Origin: Pseudomonadota bacterium
GTDB taxonomy: Bacteria > Bdellovibrionota > FAC87 > UBA2466
Direction of reading: 5' to 3'
Length of the DNA: 45,242 nt
Assembly (NCBI GenBank): GCA_043767805.1
Contig: JAYUGC010000197.1
Span: 1-45,242, forward strand
The notes under the pieces are model-generated. The model was not told where the DNA came from and did not search any database. It saw only the letters and a list, made by a program, of their open reading frames with translations. Shown here one piece after another: positions 25,921 through 34,688 of this stretch. The position numbers were made by a program, and so were the translations under genes. How positions within the stretch are numbered: position 1 is the first letter of the stretch; each line of letters begins with the position of its first letter.

Positions 25921-28113
25921 TTAGTTAACCGGCCGCTGCAAGCGCCAGCACTTGTGACTTTTGTGCCGTTCGAAATCGGGAGGGACGGTTTTAGCCGTGA
26001 TCTCTTCGATGATCGCGCCGGGCAGATCGGGCTCCGCCTCGAACTTGAAGCGGCGGAAGTTGGTCGAGAAATAGATCACGCCGCCCGGTCGCAAGTGCGC
26101 ATAGACGAGCTTTAATAGCTCTCCGTGATCTTTTTGGATGTCGAAAACGCGGTTGGTGGTCTTGCTGTTCGAAAAGGTCGGCGGATCGACTACCGCGAGA
26201 TCGAAGGTCTCCTTCGGCGAGAGACGCTCCAGATATTCCATGACGTCGGAGCGCACCAAACGATGCTTCACGCCGGTGAGCCCGTTCAACGCGAGGTTGC
26301 GTTCGGCCCAACGCAAATAAGTCTGCGAAGTGTCTACCGTCGTCGTCGTTTTGGCGCCGCCCGCCGCGGCGTACACCGTGAACGCGCCCGTGTAGGCAAA
26401 AAGATTCAAAAAATCTTTGCCGGCCGCTTCTTTGCCCACCATGCCGCGCGTGGGCCGATGGTCGAGAAAGAGCCCGGTATCGAGATAATCCGCGAGATTC
26501 ACCAGGAACTTATGCCCGCCCTCCTGCACTTCAAGGATCTCGCCGGTCTCGGCTTGGGGCATGTACTGAGCGGCGCCCTTTTGCTGCTTGCGGCGCTTCA
26601 AGTAGGCGTGGTTTGCCGGAATCCCCAGCGCGTTCGCCGCTTCCCTTAGCATCCGCTTCAGCCAGTCGTCATGCTCGGCCGGAGTGCGCTCGTGGTTTCT
26701 CTCGAGCTCGCCCGCGTGAAGGCGGTCGCCGTAGAGATCGATCATCAGCGGAATCTCGGGGATGTCGCGATCGTAAATACGGTAGCAGGTGACGCCCGTG
26801 CGCTTCGCCCATTTCCCGTAATACTTCGCCATTTTCTTGAAGCGGTTCGAGAAGGCCTCGATTTGCGCGGCCCACTTCGGGTTGTCGACCGGAGCCAATT
26901 CCTCGGGGAGCGATACTTTCGTAGGCGCTCGCCACGCCGGCAACGATGGCTCTTTGCCCGGATCGCGGGCCATCATCTCGAAACGCAAAAGGCGGCACTC
27001 GATGGGCCCGTTCCAAAGCTCGGTCTTGCGAGAGGCTCTGAGCCCAAAACGTTTCGCGCCTTCGGGGTTACCGGTGAGCACGTGCGCCGTCCACCCACCG
27101 TAACGATGCTTCAGACGATCGCCGATGGCTTCGTACAGGTCGCCGATATCGTCGACCAGCATGCGCTCGTCGTAAGGCGGGTTGAGCACCAAGGTGCCCG
27201 CCTCCGCGGGAACCGCGTCGTAAGCGAAAAAGTCGCCTTGCTCGAAACGGATGTCGTCCTCGACTCCCGCCCGGCGCGCGTTGTCTTTCGCGATGCCGAC
27301 GATCTCCGCGTTCAGCTCCACTCCGAGAAGCGGCACGCCCGCTTTGGGAAGCTCCGCCGCCACCGCTTCGTCCACCAAACTCTTGAAGGCCGCTTTGTCG
27401 TAATCAGGCCAGCGCTGAAAGCCGAAAGATTTGCGCTGAAGGCCGGGCGCCATCTTGCGCGCCATCATCGCCGCTTCGATCAAAAACGTTCCCGAGCCAC
27501 TCATGGGATCGAGCAGAGGTTTCTTCAAGTCCCAACCCGAGAGCGCCAGAATGCCGGCCGCGAGCACTTCGTTCACCGGCGCTTCTCCCGTGGCCTTGCG
27601 GTACCCACGCCGGTGCAAAGACTCGCCCGAGCTATCCACCGCGATGGCAATGCGGTTCTCGTTCAAAGCGACGGCGATGCGCAGATACGGCTCGCGCAAA
27701 TCGACCGAAGGCCGGTTGCCCGTCTTTTCGCGAAACTGATCGACGACCGCGTCCTTGATCCTTTGGGCGACGTACAGAGAGTGAGTCGTGAAAGAGCTTC
27801 GGACGGCGGCATCCACCGCGAGCGTCGCGGTCGAAGGCATCCACGCGGTCCAGTCCACCTGCCGGCCGGCCTCATAAAGCTGGTCCTCGTTTCCCGCCGC
27901 GAACTCGCCCAAGGGGCGCAAGATGCGAATCGCCGTCCGGCACCAGAGATTGGCGGCGTAGAGCACCCTTTGGGTCGCCATGAAGCGGACCATTCGGCCC
28001 TCGGGGCGAACGTCCTCGGCGCCCAAAGCCACGAGCTCCCCCGCGAGGACTGCTTCCAGTCCCGTCAAAGTGCGAGCGTGGTAAAGAACGGGTTGTTCGG
28101 CGTTAGTGTCCAT
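25921..28113 (-). CDS. rlmKL: bifunctional 23S rRNA m2G2445/m7G2069 methyltransferase
   Basis: THUMP region, SLHRRGYR, DPMSGSGT, NPPY, YRIYDRDIPE, DYLDTGLFLDHR, FLNLFAYTG, DPPTFSNSK. Confidence 0.96.
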   Translation of the reverse strand: MDTNAEQPVLYHARTLTGLEAVLAGELVALGAEDVRPEGRMVRFMATQRVLYAANLWCRTAIRILRPLGEFAAGNEDQLYEAGRQVDWTAWMPSTATLAVDAAVRSSFTTHSLYVAQRIKDAVVDQFREKTGNRPSVDLREPYLRIAVALNENRIAIAVDSSGESLHRRGYRKATGEAPVNEVLAAGILALSGWDLKKPLLDPMSGSGTFLIEAAMMARKMAPGLQRKSFGFQRWPDYDKAAFKSLVDEAVAAELPKAGVPLLGVELNAEIVGIAKDNARRAGVEDDIRFEQGDFFAYDAVPAEAGTLVLNPPYDERMLVDDIGDLYEAIGDRLKHRYGGWTAHVLTGNPEGAKRFGLRASRKTELWNGPIECRLLRFEMMARDPGKEPSLPAWRAPTKVSLPEELAPVDNPKWAAQIEAFSNRFKKMAKYYGKWAKRTGVTCYRIYDRDIPEIPLMIDLYGDRLHAGELERNHERTPAEHDDWLKRMLREAANALGIPANHAYLKRRKQQKGAAQYMPQAETGEILEVQEGGHKFLVNLADYLDTGLFLDHRPTRGMVGKEAAGKDFLNLFAYTGAFTVYAAAGGAKTTTTVDTSQTYLRWAERNLALNGLTGVKHRLVRSDVMEYLERLSPKETFDLAVVDPPTFSNSKTTNRVFDIQKDHGELLKLVYAHLRPGGVIYFSTNFRRFKFEAEPDLPGAIIEEITAKTVPPDFERHKSHKCWRLQRPVN

Positions 28114-28388
28114 TGGTCAGCGGCGCATACTGCCACTGATGAGGGTGCGGACGCAACTCTCGGACGGGATTGGCCTTTAAAGGTACCGATACCTAAAACC
28201 TTTCGCAAGCTTCGCCGAATGACACACACCAAAAGAATTCCCACCGCTTTCGTGCGAGCCGCGGCGGCCCCGCCTTTACGGCTAAAAGAACGCCCGAACC
28301 AGCGGGAGAGGCTCACCCCGCGGCTTTCTCTCCCTACCTTCTCGCGCCGATGTGGGCGATCTACGGCTCGCCCGGGATTTTAGGTCCC

Positions 28389-28756
28389 TTAATCCCCGTA
28401 GGCCGGCCAAAAGAAACCGACCGAATAAGAAAAGCCCGAATCGAGGGAAGCAAAGCGAGCCAAAAAAAGGGCGAACCCGAGCACCCAGACGGTTTTATCC
28501 AGTAGGGAAAACGCGCGCGATCGGCGCGCGGCCCAGTGAAGCACGCCGAGCCCCAGCGCCACGAATAGCACCGCGGCCATCATGCCGAGATAGGCGCGCG
28601 GCGGCGTCGCCAGCGACTCGTAGAAGGGATGCTGAGGCCCATCATCCGCGCCCCGGGGCGCCAGATGAAGCAAGCCGGCCCACTCTCTCAGGAAAATAGA
28701 TTCGCGAGAGAGATCGCGAGCGCGGCTTGCTTCCAGAATTCCCGGGACTTGAGCAT
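28389..28756 (-). pseudogene. frameshifted, truncated membrane-protein gene remnant
   Basis: ATG 28756 gives MLKSREFWKQAALAISLANLF; adding one T at the T4 run (28693-28696) joins it to FLREWAGLLHLAP... and the 28389-28673 ORF; TAGAAT 6 nt upstream of the ATG. Confidence 0.55.
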
Positions 28757-28772
28757 CCGGCGATTCTAGCCT

Positions 28773-29861
28773 TTATCGACACGCTTGGAATGTCGCGCCG
28801 TCCGTTTCCTCGGCGAGCACGACACTATTGCGATCCGTGTCGGGAGACGCATTGCCCACGAAGTCCGGATAGGCCGAGCGCACGTAAACGCGGCCGGTAG
28901 TGGAATCAGCGGCAAGGCTTCGTAAGCCGTACAGCTTTTTGCCGACCACCGACAGATCCCACTCGCCCTGGACCTTATTGTTACGCAGGTCGAAGAAGGT
29001 CACATGCTTTGACTCTTCGGACGCCACCGCCAGGCAATGGCCGAGTTGCGCGAGGGCCCGCGGTCTTTGCGCGGCCACCGAGTAAGTCTTGAGAGTGGTT
29101 CCCGTGGCCGCCTCCACTAAGCGCACGTCTCCGGCGTCTCGGTCGGCGACCGCCAAGGTCTTTCCGTCCGCGAGCAGAATGAGGCTCGCGAGATCGGAGC
29201 CTTCAAGGAGCCGGGTCGACGTCTCGGTTTTCAAATCGACCCGGACCAGGTACCGGCCGCCGGAGGCAATCGTCGGATGCTCGATCAGAAACAGGGAATC
29301 TCCCACGAGAAGCGGATTGTGGGGACCCGCGATACGCGCCTTCAAGTAACGAGGGCCGAGCCAGCCGAGCGTAAAGATCGTGCGCGCTGGCTTACCTAGG
29401 ATGCCGTCATCCAAACCGCCTGGGTCGGTGAAGTATAGGACGCCCGGTCTTCCCGCGCCTTCGTCCGCGTAGGCTTGCACGGGAATCGTCTTGGGCTCGA
29501 CTTTGAGCTTCGTTTCCCCCGACACCACCGTGTAATGAGTGAGCTGATCCTTATAAGAGACGCCAACGGTGAGGATTCCGTGGGGACCAAAAGGAGAGAG
29601 GTAGCGAAGCGAATGGCTCATCTCTTTCGTTTCGAGAAGCGTGCCGGCCGAATCGAAGACGTCGAGCTTGTAGCTCGCACCGAGATTCACGCGGGAACTT
29701 CCCACCCAGAGCCGCCCGTCGTGAAAAGCCATGGCGTTGAAAGGCTCGAACCGATCGAGCTCGGTGACCACCTTCCAGCTCACCGCCGCCCCCGCCCCTC
29801 TTCCCACCAGACCCGCCAAGACTAGACCTACGACCAGAAGCGAACGCAAAACAACGGACAT
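28773..29861 (-). CDS. secreted beta-propeller protein (YncE/YVTN-like)
   Basis: Signal peptide; repeated four-strand blades (DGRLWVG, LYFTD, DGKTLAVAD, HVTFFDL, TGRVYV). Confidence 0.75.
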   Translation of the reverse strand: MSVVLRSLLVVGLVLAGLVGRGAGAAVSWKVVTELDRFEPFNAMAFHDGRLWVGSSRVNLGASYKLDVFDSAGTLLETKEMSHSLRYLSPFGPHGILTVGVSYKDQLTHYTVVSGETKLKVEPKTIPVQAYADEGAGRPGVLYFTDPGGLDDGILGKPARTIFTLGWLGPRYLKARIAGPHNPLLVGDSLFLIEHPTIASGGRYLVRVDLKTETSTRLLEGSDLASLILLADGKTLAVADRDAGDVRLVEAATGTTLKTYSVAAQRPRALAQLGHCLAVASEESKHVTFFDLRNNKVQGEWDLSVVGKKLYGLRSLAADSTTGRVYVRSAYPDFVGNASPDTDRNSVVLAEETDGATFQACR

Positions 29862-29914
29862 GCTTTTTCCCCTTTGTTAGTTGACTCGGAAACTCAAATT
29901 CAAAAAGACTCCGT

Positions 29915-30193
29915 TCAGAGAAGCGCTGGAAATGGCGAGCGTCGCGAGATCGACCACGCTTCTATGCTCGAAAAACAAATGGGCCGCCCAGTTCGGCGTG
30001 AAACGCCACTATCCGAACAGCTTCGCTGGCACGATTCGACGTAGGCTTCCCCGCACGTTTTGGTGACGGTCTCGCCACTCTGCGTTTTCTGCAGCGGCCT
30101 GTGTTTTTGATTTTTGTAGTCTTTGAGCGATTCCGCCGAGACGGGGTGAGTTAAGAAAACAAAGGCGAGGAAGAACGAAAAAAGCCGACCCAT
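29915..30193 (-). CDS. small secreted hypothetical protein or gene remnant
   Basis: Signal peptide MGRLFSFFLAFVFLTHPVSA; TAGACT 6 nt upstream; the C-terminal half is not convincingly protein-like. Confidence 0.4.
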   Translation of the reverse strand: MGRLFSFFLAFVFLTHPVSAESLKDYKNQKHRPLQKTQSGETVTKTCGEAYVESCQRSCSDSGVSRRTGRPICFSSIEAWSISRRSPFPALL

Positions 30194-30246
30194 GGGCGAA
30201 GTCTATCGGTCCATGGGCAGGCTTTCAAATGACTTAGGCTAGAGAC

Positions 30247-30654
30247 CTACTTGCGACAGCTGGCGAAGGAATAACCCTTCACGTCGATGAGGTTCGCCCA
30301 TTCGAAGTTATTGTGAATGTAAACGGCTTGCACGTTGATCGTGCGCATTTGCTGATCCGTGGCCTTCATCTCAAACTCGGCGTAGTCTTCGTCGCCGTCG
30401 ATGGCTTTGCCGACCGGGTACGAGTACGCCTTGTCGAGCTTCGACTTGAAAACCACTTCGAGAACGTAGCTGCGGAGCCACTTCGCAGCCGGGGTCGGCT
30501 TCGGGTTCAAGGTCGCGATCTTCGTCAGCTTGTAGCTGGCGATGGGCGAAGCCGGGTTCTTCTTATCGACTTGGCAGTTGATGGTCCAACGCGTTTGCGC
30601 CACGGCCACGTTAGCGACCAAGAAAAACGACACGAGTAAAGATAGCTGCTTCAT
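30247..30654 (-). CDS. small secreted hypothetical protein
   Basis: GGAGG SD; signal peptide MKQLSLLVSFFLVANVAVA; one N-terminal and one C-terminal Cys (likely disulfide). Confidence 0.8.
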   Translation of the reverse strand: MKQLSLLVSFFLVANVAVAQTRWTINCQVDKKNPASPIASYKLTKIATLNPKPTPAAKWLRSYVLEVVFKSKLDKAYSYPVGKAIDGDEDYAEFEMKATDQQMRTINVQAVYIHNNFEWANLIDVKGYSFASCRK

Positions 30655-30749
30655 TAGAGTCCCTCCCAATAAGAAATTTCGGCGAAACTAAGCAGTTAAA
30701 CGCGGTGAGTCAACCCAAAAAATATTAAGGATGGGGTATTCTCCCCCTC

Positions 30750-31400
30750 ATGAAACTCACCGTGCGGGATCCCTTCAGCGGCTTTACTCATCTGGCAGGC
30801 GCGCTACTCGGCCTTGTGGCCGGGGCTTACTTGGTCAACCGCGGTCTCTCCGAAGGCACTCAGTGGCACGTGATCTCATTCGCCATCTTCGGAGTGAGTC
30901 TAGTGGGCCTCTATTCCTCGAGCGCGTTTTACCATCTGCTGCCCGTCTCGGAGAGCGCGCGCTTAAAGCTGCGGCGCCTCGATCACAGCATGATCTTCAT
31001 GCTCATCGCGGGGAGCTACACGCCGTTTTGTCTGGTGTCCATGCGGGAGACCTGGGGCTGGACGATACTGACCATCGTGTGGACCATCGCGGTGCTCGGG
31101 ATCTTGCAAAGCATCTTCTGGATCCACGCTCCGCGGTGGCTCACGACGGGCGCCTACCTCTTCATGGGTTGGATCGCAGTCGTTGCCATCTATCCTTTGA
31201 GCCAAGCCCTTTCGGCGGACGGGATGTGGTGGTTATTTGCCGGCGGCCTTTTCTACTCGGTGGGCGCGGTGATTTACGCCGTGAAGTGGCCCGATCCTCA
31301 TCCGCCTCATTTCGGCTTTCACGAAATCTGGCATCTCTTCGTGCTGGCGGGAAGCGCCTGCCATTTCTTGAGCGTGCGCACCGTGCTGCCGAATCCTTAA
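30750..31400 (+). CDS. hemolysin III / PAQR family membrane protein
   Basis: SGFTHLAG, YSSSAFYH, RRLDHSMIFMLIAGSYTP, GGLFYSVGAVIY, FHEIWHLFVLAG..CHF. Confidence 0.95.
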   Translation: MKLTVRDPFSGFTHLAGALLGLVAGAYLVNRGLSEGTQWHVISFAIFGVSLVGLYSSSAFYHLLPVSESARLKLRRLDHSMIFMLIAGSYTPFCLVSMRETWGWTILTIVWTIAVLGILQSIFWIHAPRWLTTGAYLFMGWIAVVAIYPLSQALSADGMWWLFAGGLFYSVGAVIYAVKWPDPHPPHFGFHEIWHLFVLAGSACHFLSVRTVLPNP

Positions 31401-31804
31401 GCCCATCGCTTTTCCGCGAGCAGCCGCTTGAACGCAATCACCGCATCGAGCGCCGAGAAAATACCGGCGACTTCTCCCGTCGGGTTTTGCACGACGGTGC
31501 AGCCGTAGGTACTCTCCGAAGTTTCGTCGAGCACTTGAAAGAGACTCGCGTCCGGACTCACCGTCGCGGGTGCGGCTCCCATCAGCGCCGAAACGGAGAG
31601 ATGACGCGTGGAAGGCTCTGCCACCGCTGCCCTCACCCGATCCTCTTTGAGGATACCCACGATTTTCCCGTCTCGGCGCACCGGAAGATAACGCGTTCCC
31701 AAACGCCGCATGAGAAAGAGCGCTTGAGACGCGTTGGCTTCGGGCCGGATGGTGGCCTGACAAGGGACGATATAACGGCCAATCTGGGGCTCTGTTAAAT
31801 GCAC
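31397..31804 (-). CDS. CBS domain pair protein
   Basis: TIRPE...A..LM....RYLPVRRDGKIVGIL and VSALM...TVSPDASL...VAGIFS..D. Confidence 0.85.
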   Translation of the reverse strand: MHLTEPQIGRYIVPCQATIRPEANASQALFLMRRLGTRYLPVRRDGKIVGILKEDRVRAAVAEPSTRHLSVSALMGAAPATVSPDASLFQVLDETSESTYGCTVVQNPTGEVAGIFSALDAVIAFKRLLAEKRWA

Positions 31805-31854
31805 GGTGTCGTCTCCGATGAGGGATGAGGTTTACTGCAGTAACCAAAGCGTGT

Positions 31855-31870
31855 TGCAAAGGGCGTTCCA
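31855..31870 (-). promoter_or_regulatory. putative sigma-54 promoter for the CBS gene
   Basis: Minus strand TGGAACgccctTTGCA (GG-N10-GC). Confidence 0.65.
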
Positions 31871-31951
31871 CTGCTACCGAGCCCGGGCGCGGGGCCGAAG
31901 CCCCGGATCGCGGACAAAGTATTTCAAGAAGAGACAGTTTTGATCGCACTC

Positions 31952-32341
31952 TCAGAAATTCGAGGCGATCGGTAACGGCTCTTCTTCCTCCAAACGGCCT
32001 AAATGGGTTCGTCCTCCGCCGCGTTGATTGCGCACGCATTCCTGCAACTGACGGCGCACCTGTTTGAAAGCGTGCCTTACCGCGGCATAGGCGTCTTCGT
32101 GATCGACTCGCTCGGCGGGCACGCGGTTCGCTACGAGTTCATGTCCCGGAATGGTGAGATCCACCCGGACCTCATAGAGTTTTCCTTTGCTCTTGTGACG
32201 GTGGGGCACCTCGAGCGACACACGGCAGCTCATGATGCGCGGGAAGAAATGGTCGAGCTTGAGGCATTCCTCCTCAATCAAGCTCCGGATGGCATCGGAC
32301 TCAGGGGTGTCACGAAAGGTGATCTGCACTGGGAGTTTCAA
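31952..32341 (-). CDS. HPF/RaiA family ribosome-associated (hibernation) protein
   Basis: QITFRDTPESDAI..KLDHF..I.SCRV..EVPH..G..YEVRVDLTIPG.EL..HEDAYAAVRHAF..RRQL; TTG start after GAGGAGG. Confidence 0.9.
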   Translation of the reverse strand: MKLPVQITFRDTPESDAIRSLIEEECLKLDHFFPRIMSCRVSLEVPHRHKSKGKLYEVRVDLTIPGHELVANRVPAERVDHEDAYAAVRHAFKQVRRQLQECVRNQRGGGRTHLGRLEEEEPLPIASNF

Positions 32342-32380
32342 GAAATACCTCCTCGGGAAAGGGTTCAGTGCCAAAAGGGC

Positions 32381-32396
32381 TGCAGATTGCGTACCA
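32381..32396 (-). promoter_or_regulatory. putative sigma-54 promoter for the HPF gene
   Basis: Minus strand TGGTACgcaatCTGCA (GG-N10-GC), 40 nt upstream of the start. Confidence 0.55.
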
Positions 32397-32549
32397 GAAT
32401 TCCCAGTCCAGCAGGCTCTGCGGCGTGGTCTTAACGAGGGAATTCAGTGCTCTGGCGGGACCTCCACAATGTCCACGAATGCCACCTATTTCACCCACTC
32501 GGAGAAAGAAGCAGAGCTATATTCCTCTCTCCAGGAGGGAGCTCAAGAG

Positions 32550-32565
32550 AGGCACGTCCATTGCA
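32550..32565 (+). promoter_or_regulatory. putative sigma-54 promoter for the small acidic protein
   Basis: AGGCACGtccaTTGCA, near-consensus, followed by AGGAGG SD. Confidence 0.75.
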
Positions 32566-32591
32566 AAGCATAGATCCAAGAGGAGGATCTT

Positions 32592-32846
32592 ATGGCTCAA
32601 CCCGCCACATCTAAAAAACTGGCAAACCCTGTTCCCCCGTCGCAAATGCCCGAGTGGGAGACGCCCGCCGAGCAAGAGACCCGCGAAAGCCTAAGCGGAA
32701 AGAAATCGAGTAGCGCACTCGGCACTCCGCCCCGCGAGAACACTTCAAAAGACGCTTACGAAGGCGAAGAGTCCCAAAAGGAGTCAGATGAGGACGATGT
32801 CCCGCGCGAAACACCTCCTGACGGGCTCTACCCCGAGCACAATTAG
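32592..32846 (+). CDS. small acidic, probably disordered protein
   Basis: AGGAGG SD, upstream sigma-54 motif, downstream hairpin; 84 aa rich in E/S/P/D. Confidence 0.7.
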   Translation: MAQPATSKKLANPVPPSQMPEWETPAEQETRESLSGKKSSSALGTPPRENTSKDAYEGEESQKESDEDDVPRETPPDGLYPEHN

Positions 32847-32858
32847 AGAGCGTCATTT

Positions 32859-32902
32859 CCGCCGAAAGCCGGTGCCGTAAATGGGCCCCGCGCTTTCGGC
32901 GG
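32859..32902 (+). terminator. stem-loop downstream of the small acidic gene
   Basis: CCGCCGAAAGC..GCTTTCGGCGG 11-bp stem; no clear U-tract. Confidence 0.5.
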
Positions 32903-33010
32903 CGTATGCTGACGGTTTTCCCCCGCTAATATCCTTCACTTTTATCGACGATTAGAGCCTGCCCTCCCCGCTTAGCCTGGTCTCCCCTTTGCAAAACCGA
33001 CCCGCGGAGC

Positions 33011-34570
33011 ATGGAACGTTTGTTGAAAACTCGCGGAATACTTTGGATCTTGTGGCTCGTTGCTTTTCCGGCGGCGGTCTACCCCATCACCTGCGAGCGG
33101 GCCCTCTCCGAGGTGGGCCGGATCACGATTCCCGGGGAACCTCCCCGCCAGTCCACCCGCCAGATTTTCAACGAGACCCTAGAACAAGGGCTCTCCCCGG
33201 GAACGAAATCTCTCGTCGATAAAATTGAAACGGCGGGACTGCTTCCGGATCCGAGTTTTTTTAGCTCCCGCGGCATCATCGGCCGCTCTTACGTCGACGA
33301 GCTGCAAACCACCCATGAGTTCATCCGCAGTTTTCAGGCGTGGAAAGACGTCCTTCGCCACAACCAAGATTTTTCGGGGACCGAGCTGGAGCGTGCGGGC
33401 ATGGATGTCTTTTTACAAGCCTTGCTCCGTTCCGAGCGGGAACGCCCTTCGCTCATGACATCGGTCTTCAATCTTTCCCTCGTGGCCGACGATCTTTACG
33501 GCTCTCATCTCTATGAGATGGATACCAGGATCGATCTCGGCAACATGGCTGACTTCATGGCGCTTCGAAGGAAGCTCGCCGTCGCCCAAGGCGTCGTGTT
33601 CTTGAAAGCGGAGCTAAAGGAATCCCGAAAAAAAGCAATGGCCATGTCGGAGATGGAGAAAACCCTAGCAGCGGCGATGCCCGTGGCCCACGAAAAAGAC
33701 GACCGGGTCCACTTCATCGAAATGGCGGCGGGAACCATGGACGCCATGCACCTTCCCTTCAAAGCCCTTCGTCACGAGATTCTCTCGGCGGTGGAGCCTT
33801 CCACTCCCGTCGACCCCATCGGGCGCTCGCTCGCCAAACAGTATCTGGAAAAACCTTGGGTGCAGACCGCGCTCGCGGCCTTCAAGGAAAAGATGACGGC
33901 TCACAAGGCCGCTCTGCTCAATGAGAAAGGGCCCGCGTCGGAGGCGCTGCTCGCCAAGAACGTGTTTGATTTGGCACTCGAGGTCACTAGCGGAGACCGC
34001 GAGCAGGCGGTGATCCTCGTGGGGCTCATGAGCATTCAGCGCAAAGCGCTGAACCGCGGCTTATCGAAGCACTATAGCAGTGCGGGCACCCTCGATCGTC
34101 ACGCGCAGCCGCTTCTGGATACCGTCTCAGTTTATTATCAAATCACCGAGCTCGCCGAGGTGACCGACGCCGTTCGCAAGCAAAGAGGGCTTCAGCCCGA
34201 TAGGTACTCCTTTCTCTATCCGAAACCTTACCGCTCGACCGACAACAAGTTCTATCACTTCTGGAGCGAGGCCTTCTTCGCGACCCACTTGAGAGGCAAA
34301 GGATTTCCCGCCTGGGAAACCCGCTTCGGCTTGAGCACCGTCGGAACGGTGTACGAGCTCGCGACTTCCGTGTCAGGACTTCAGTTTTTCGAAGAGTTCG
34401 GCATGAACAAATGGCGGGCCTTGGGGGCCACCAGGATGTTCGACGACATGGCTCTGCACCGTATGGGCGCGGCCTTCGGCTCGAACACTTTCGATGAAGC
34501 GAAGCACGAGGCATTGAAGCCGCCGTTCCTTCAATCGCTCCAGCCGCGCGAAGCTTCCGGGTCCAATTAA
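33011..34570 (+). CDS. hypothetical exported alpha-helical protein
   Basis: 519-aa ORF with signal-like N-terminus; C-terminal DNKFYHF..YE..DD..H..GAAFG motif. Confidence 0.8.
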   Translation: MERLLKTRGILWILWLVAFPAAVYPITCERALSEVGRITIPGEPPRQSTRQIFNETLEQGLSPGTKSLVDKIETAGLLPDPSFFSSRGIIGRSYVDELQTTHEFIRSFQAWKDVLRHNQDFSGTELERAGMDVFLQALLRSERERPSLMTSVFNLSLVADDLYGSHLYEMDTRIDLGNMADFMALRRKLAVAQGVVFLKAELKESRKKAMAMSEMEKTLAAAMPVAHEKDDRVHFIEMAAGTMDAMHLPFKALRHEILSAVEPSTPVDPIGRSLAKQYLEKPWVQTALAAFKEKMTAHKAALLNEKGPASEALLAKNVFDLALEVTSGDREQAVILVGLMSIQRKALNRGLSKHYSSAGTLDRHAQPLLDTVSVYYQITELAEVTDAVRKQRGLQPDRYSFLYPKPYRSTDNKFYHFWSEAFFATHLRGKGFPAWETRFGLSTVGTVYELATSVSGLQFFEEFGMNKWRALGATRMFDDMALHRMGAAFGSNTFDEAKHEALKPPFLQSLQPREASGSN

Positions 34571-34688
34571 CTCGCGATTTGCCGACGAGCTCGCCCGTAT
34601 CCAATTGATAAGATCTCGTTAATTCCTCTGGGTGAATTGCCTGATTTCACTCTACACTTAAAGAAACAGCAGTTTTCGGAGGCCATTT

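Noticed and set aside
26671..28383. 570-aa plus-strand ORF
   Set aside because: Antisense shadow of rlmKL in GC-rich DNA; Arg/His-rich with no motifs
30731..31798. 355-aa plus-strand ORF
   Set aside because: Alternative frame over hemolysin III and antisense to the CBS gene; composition not protein-like
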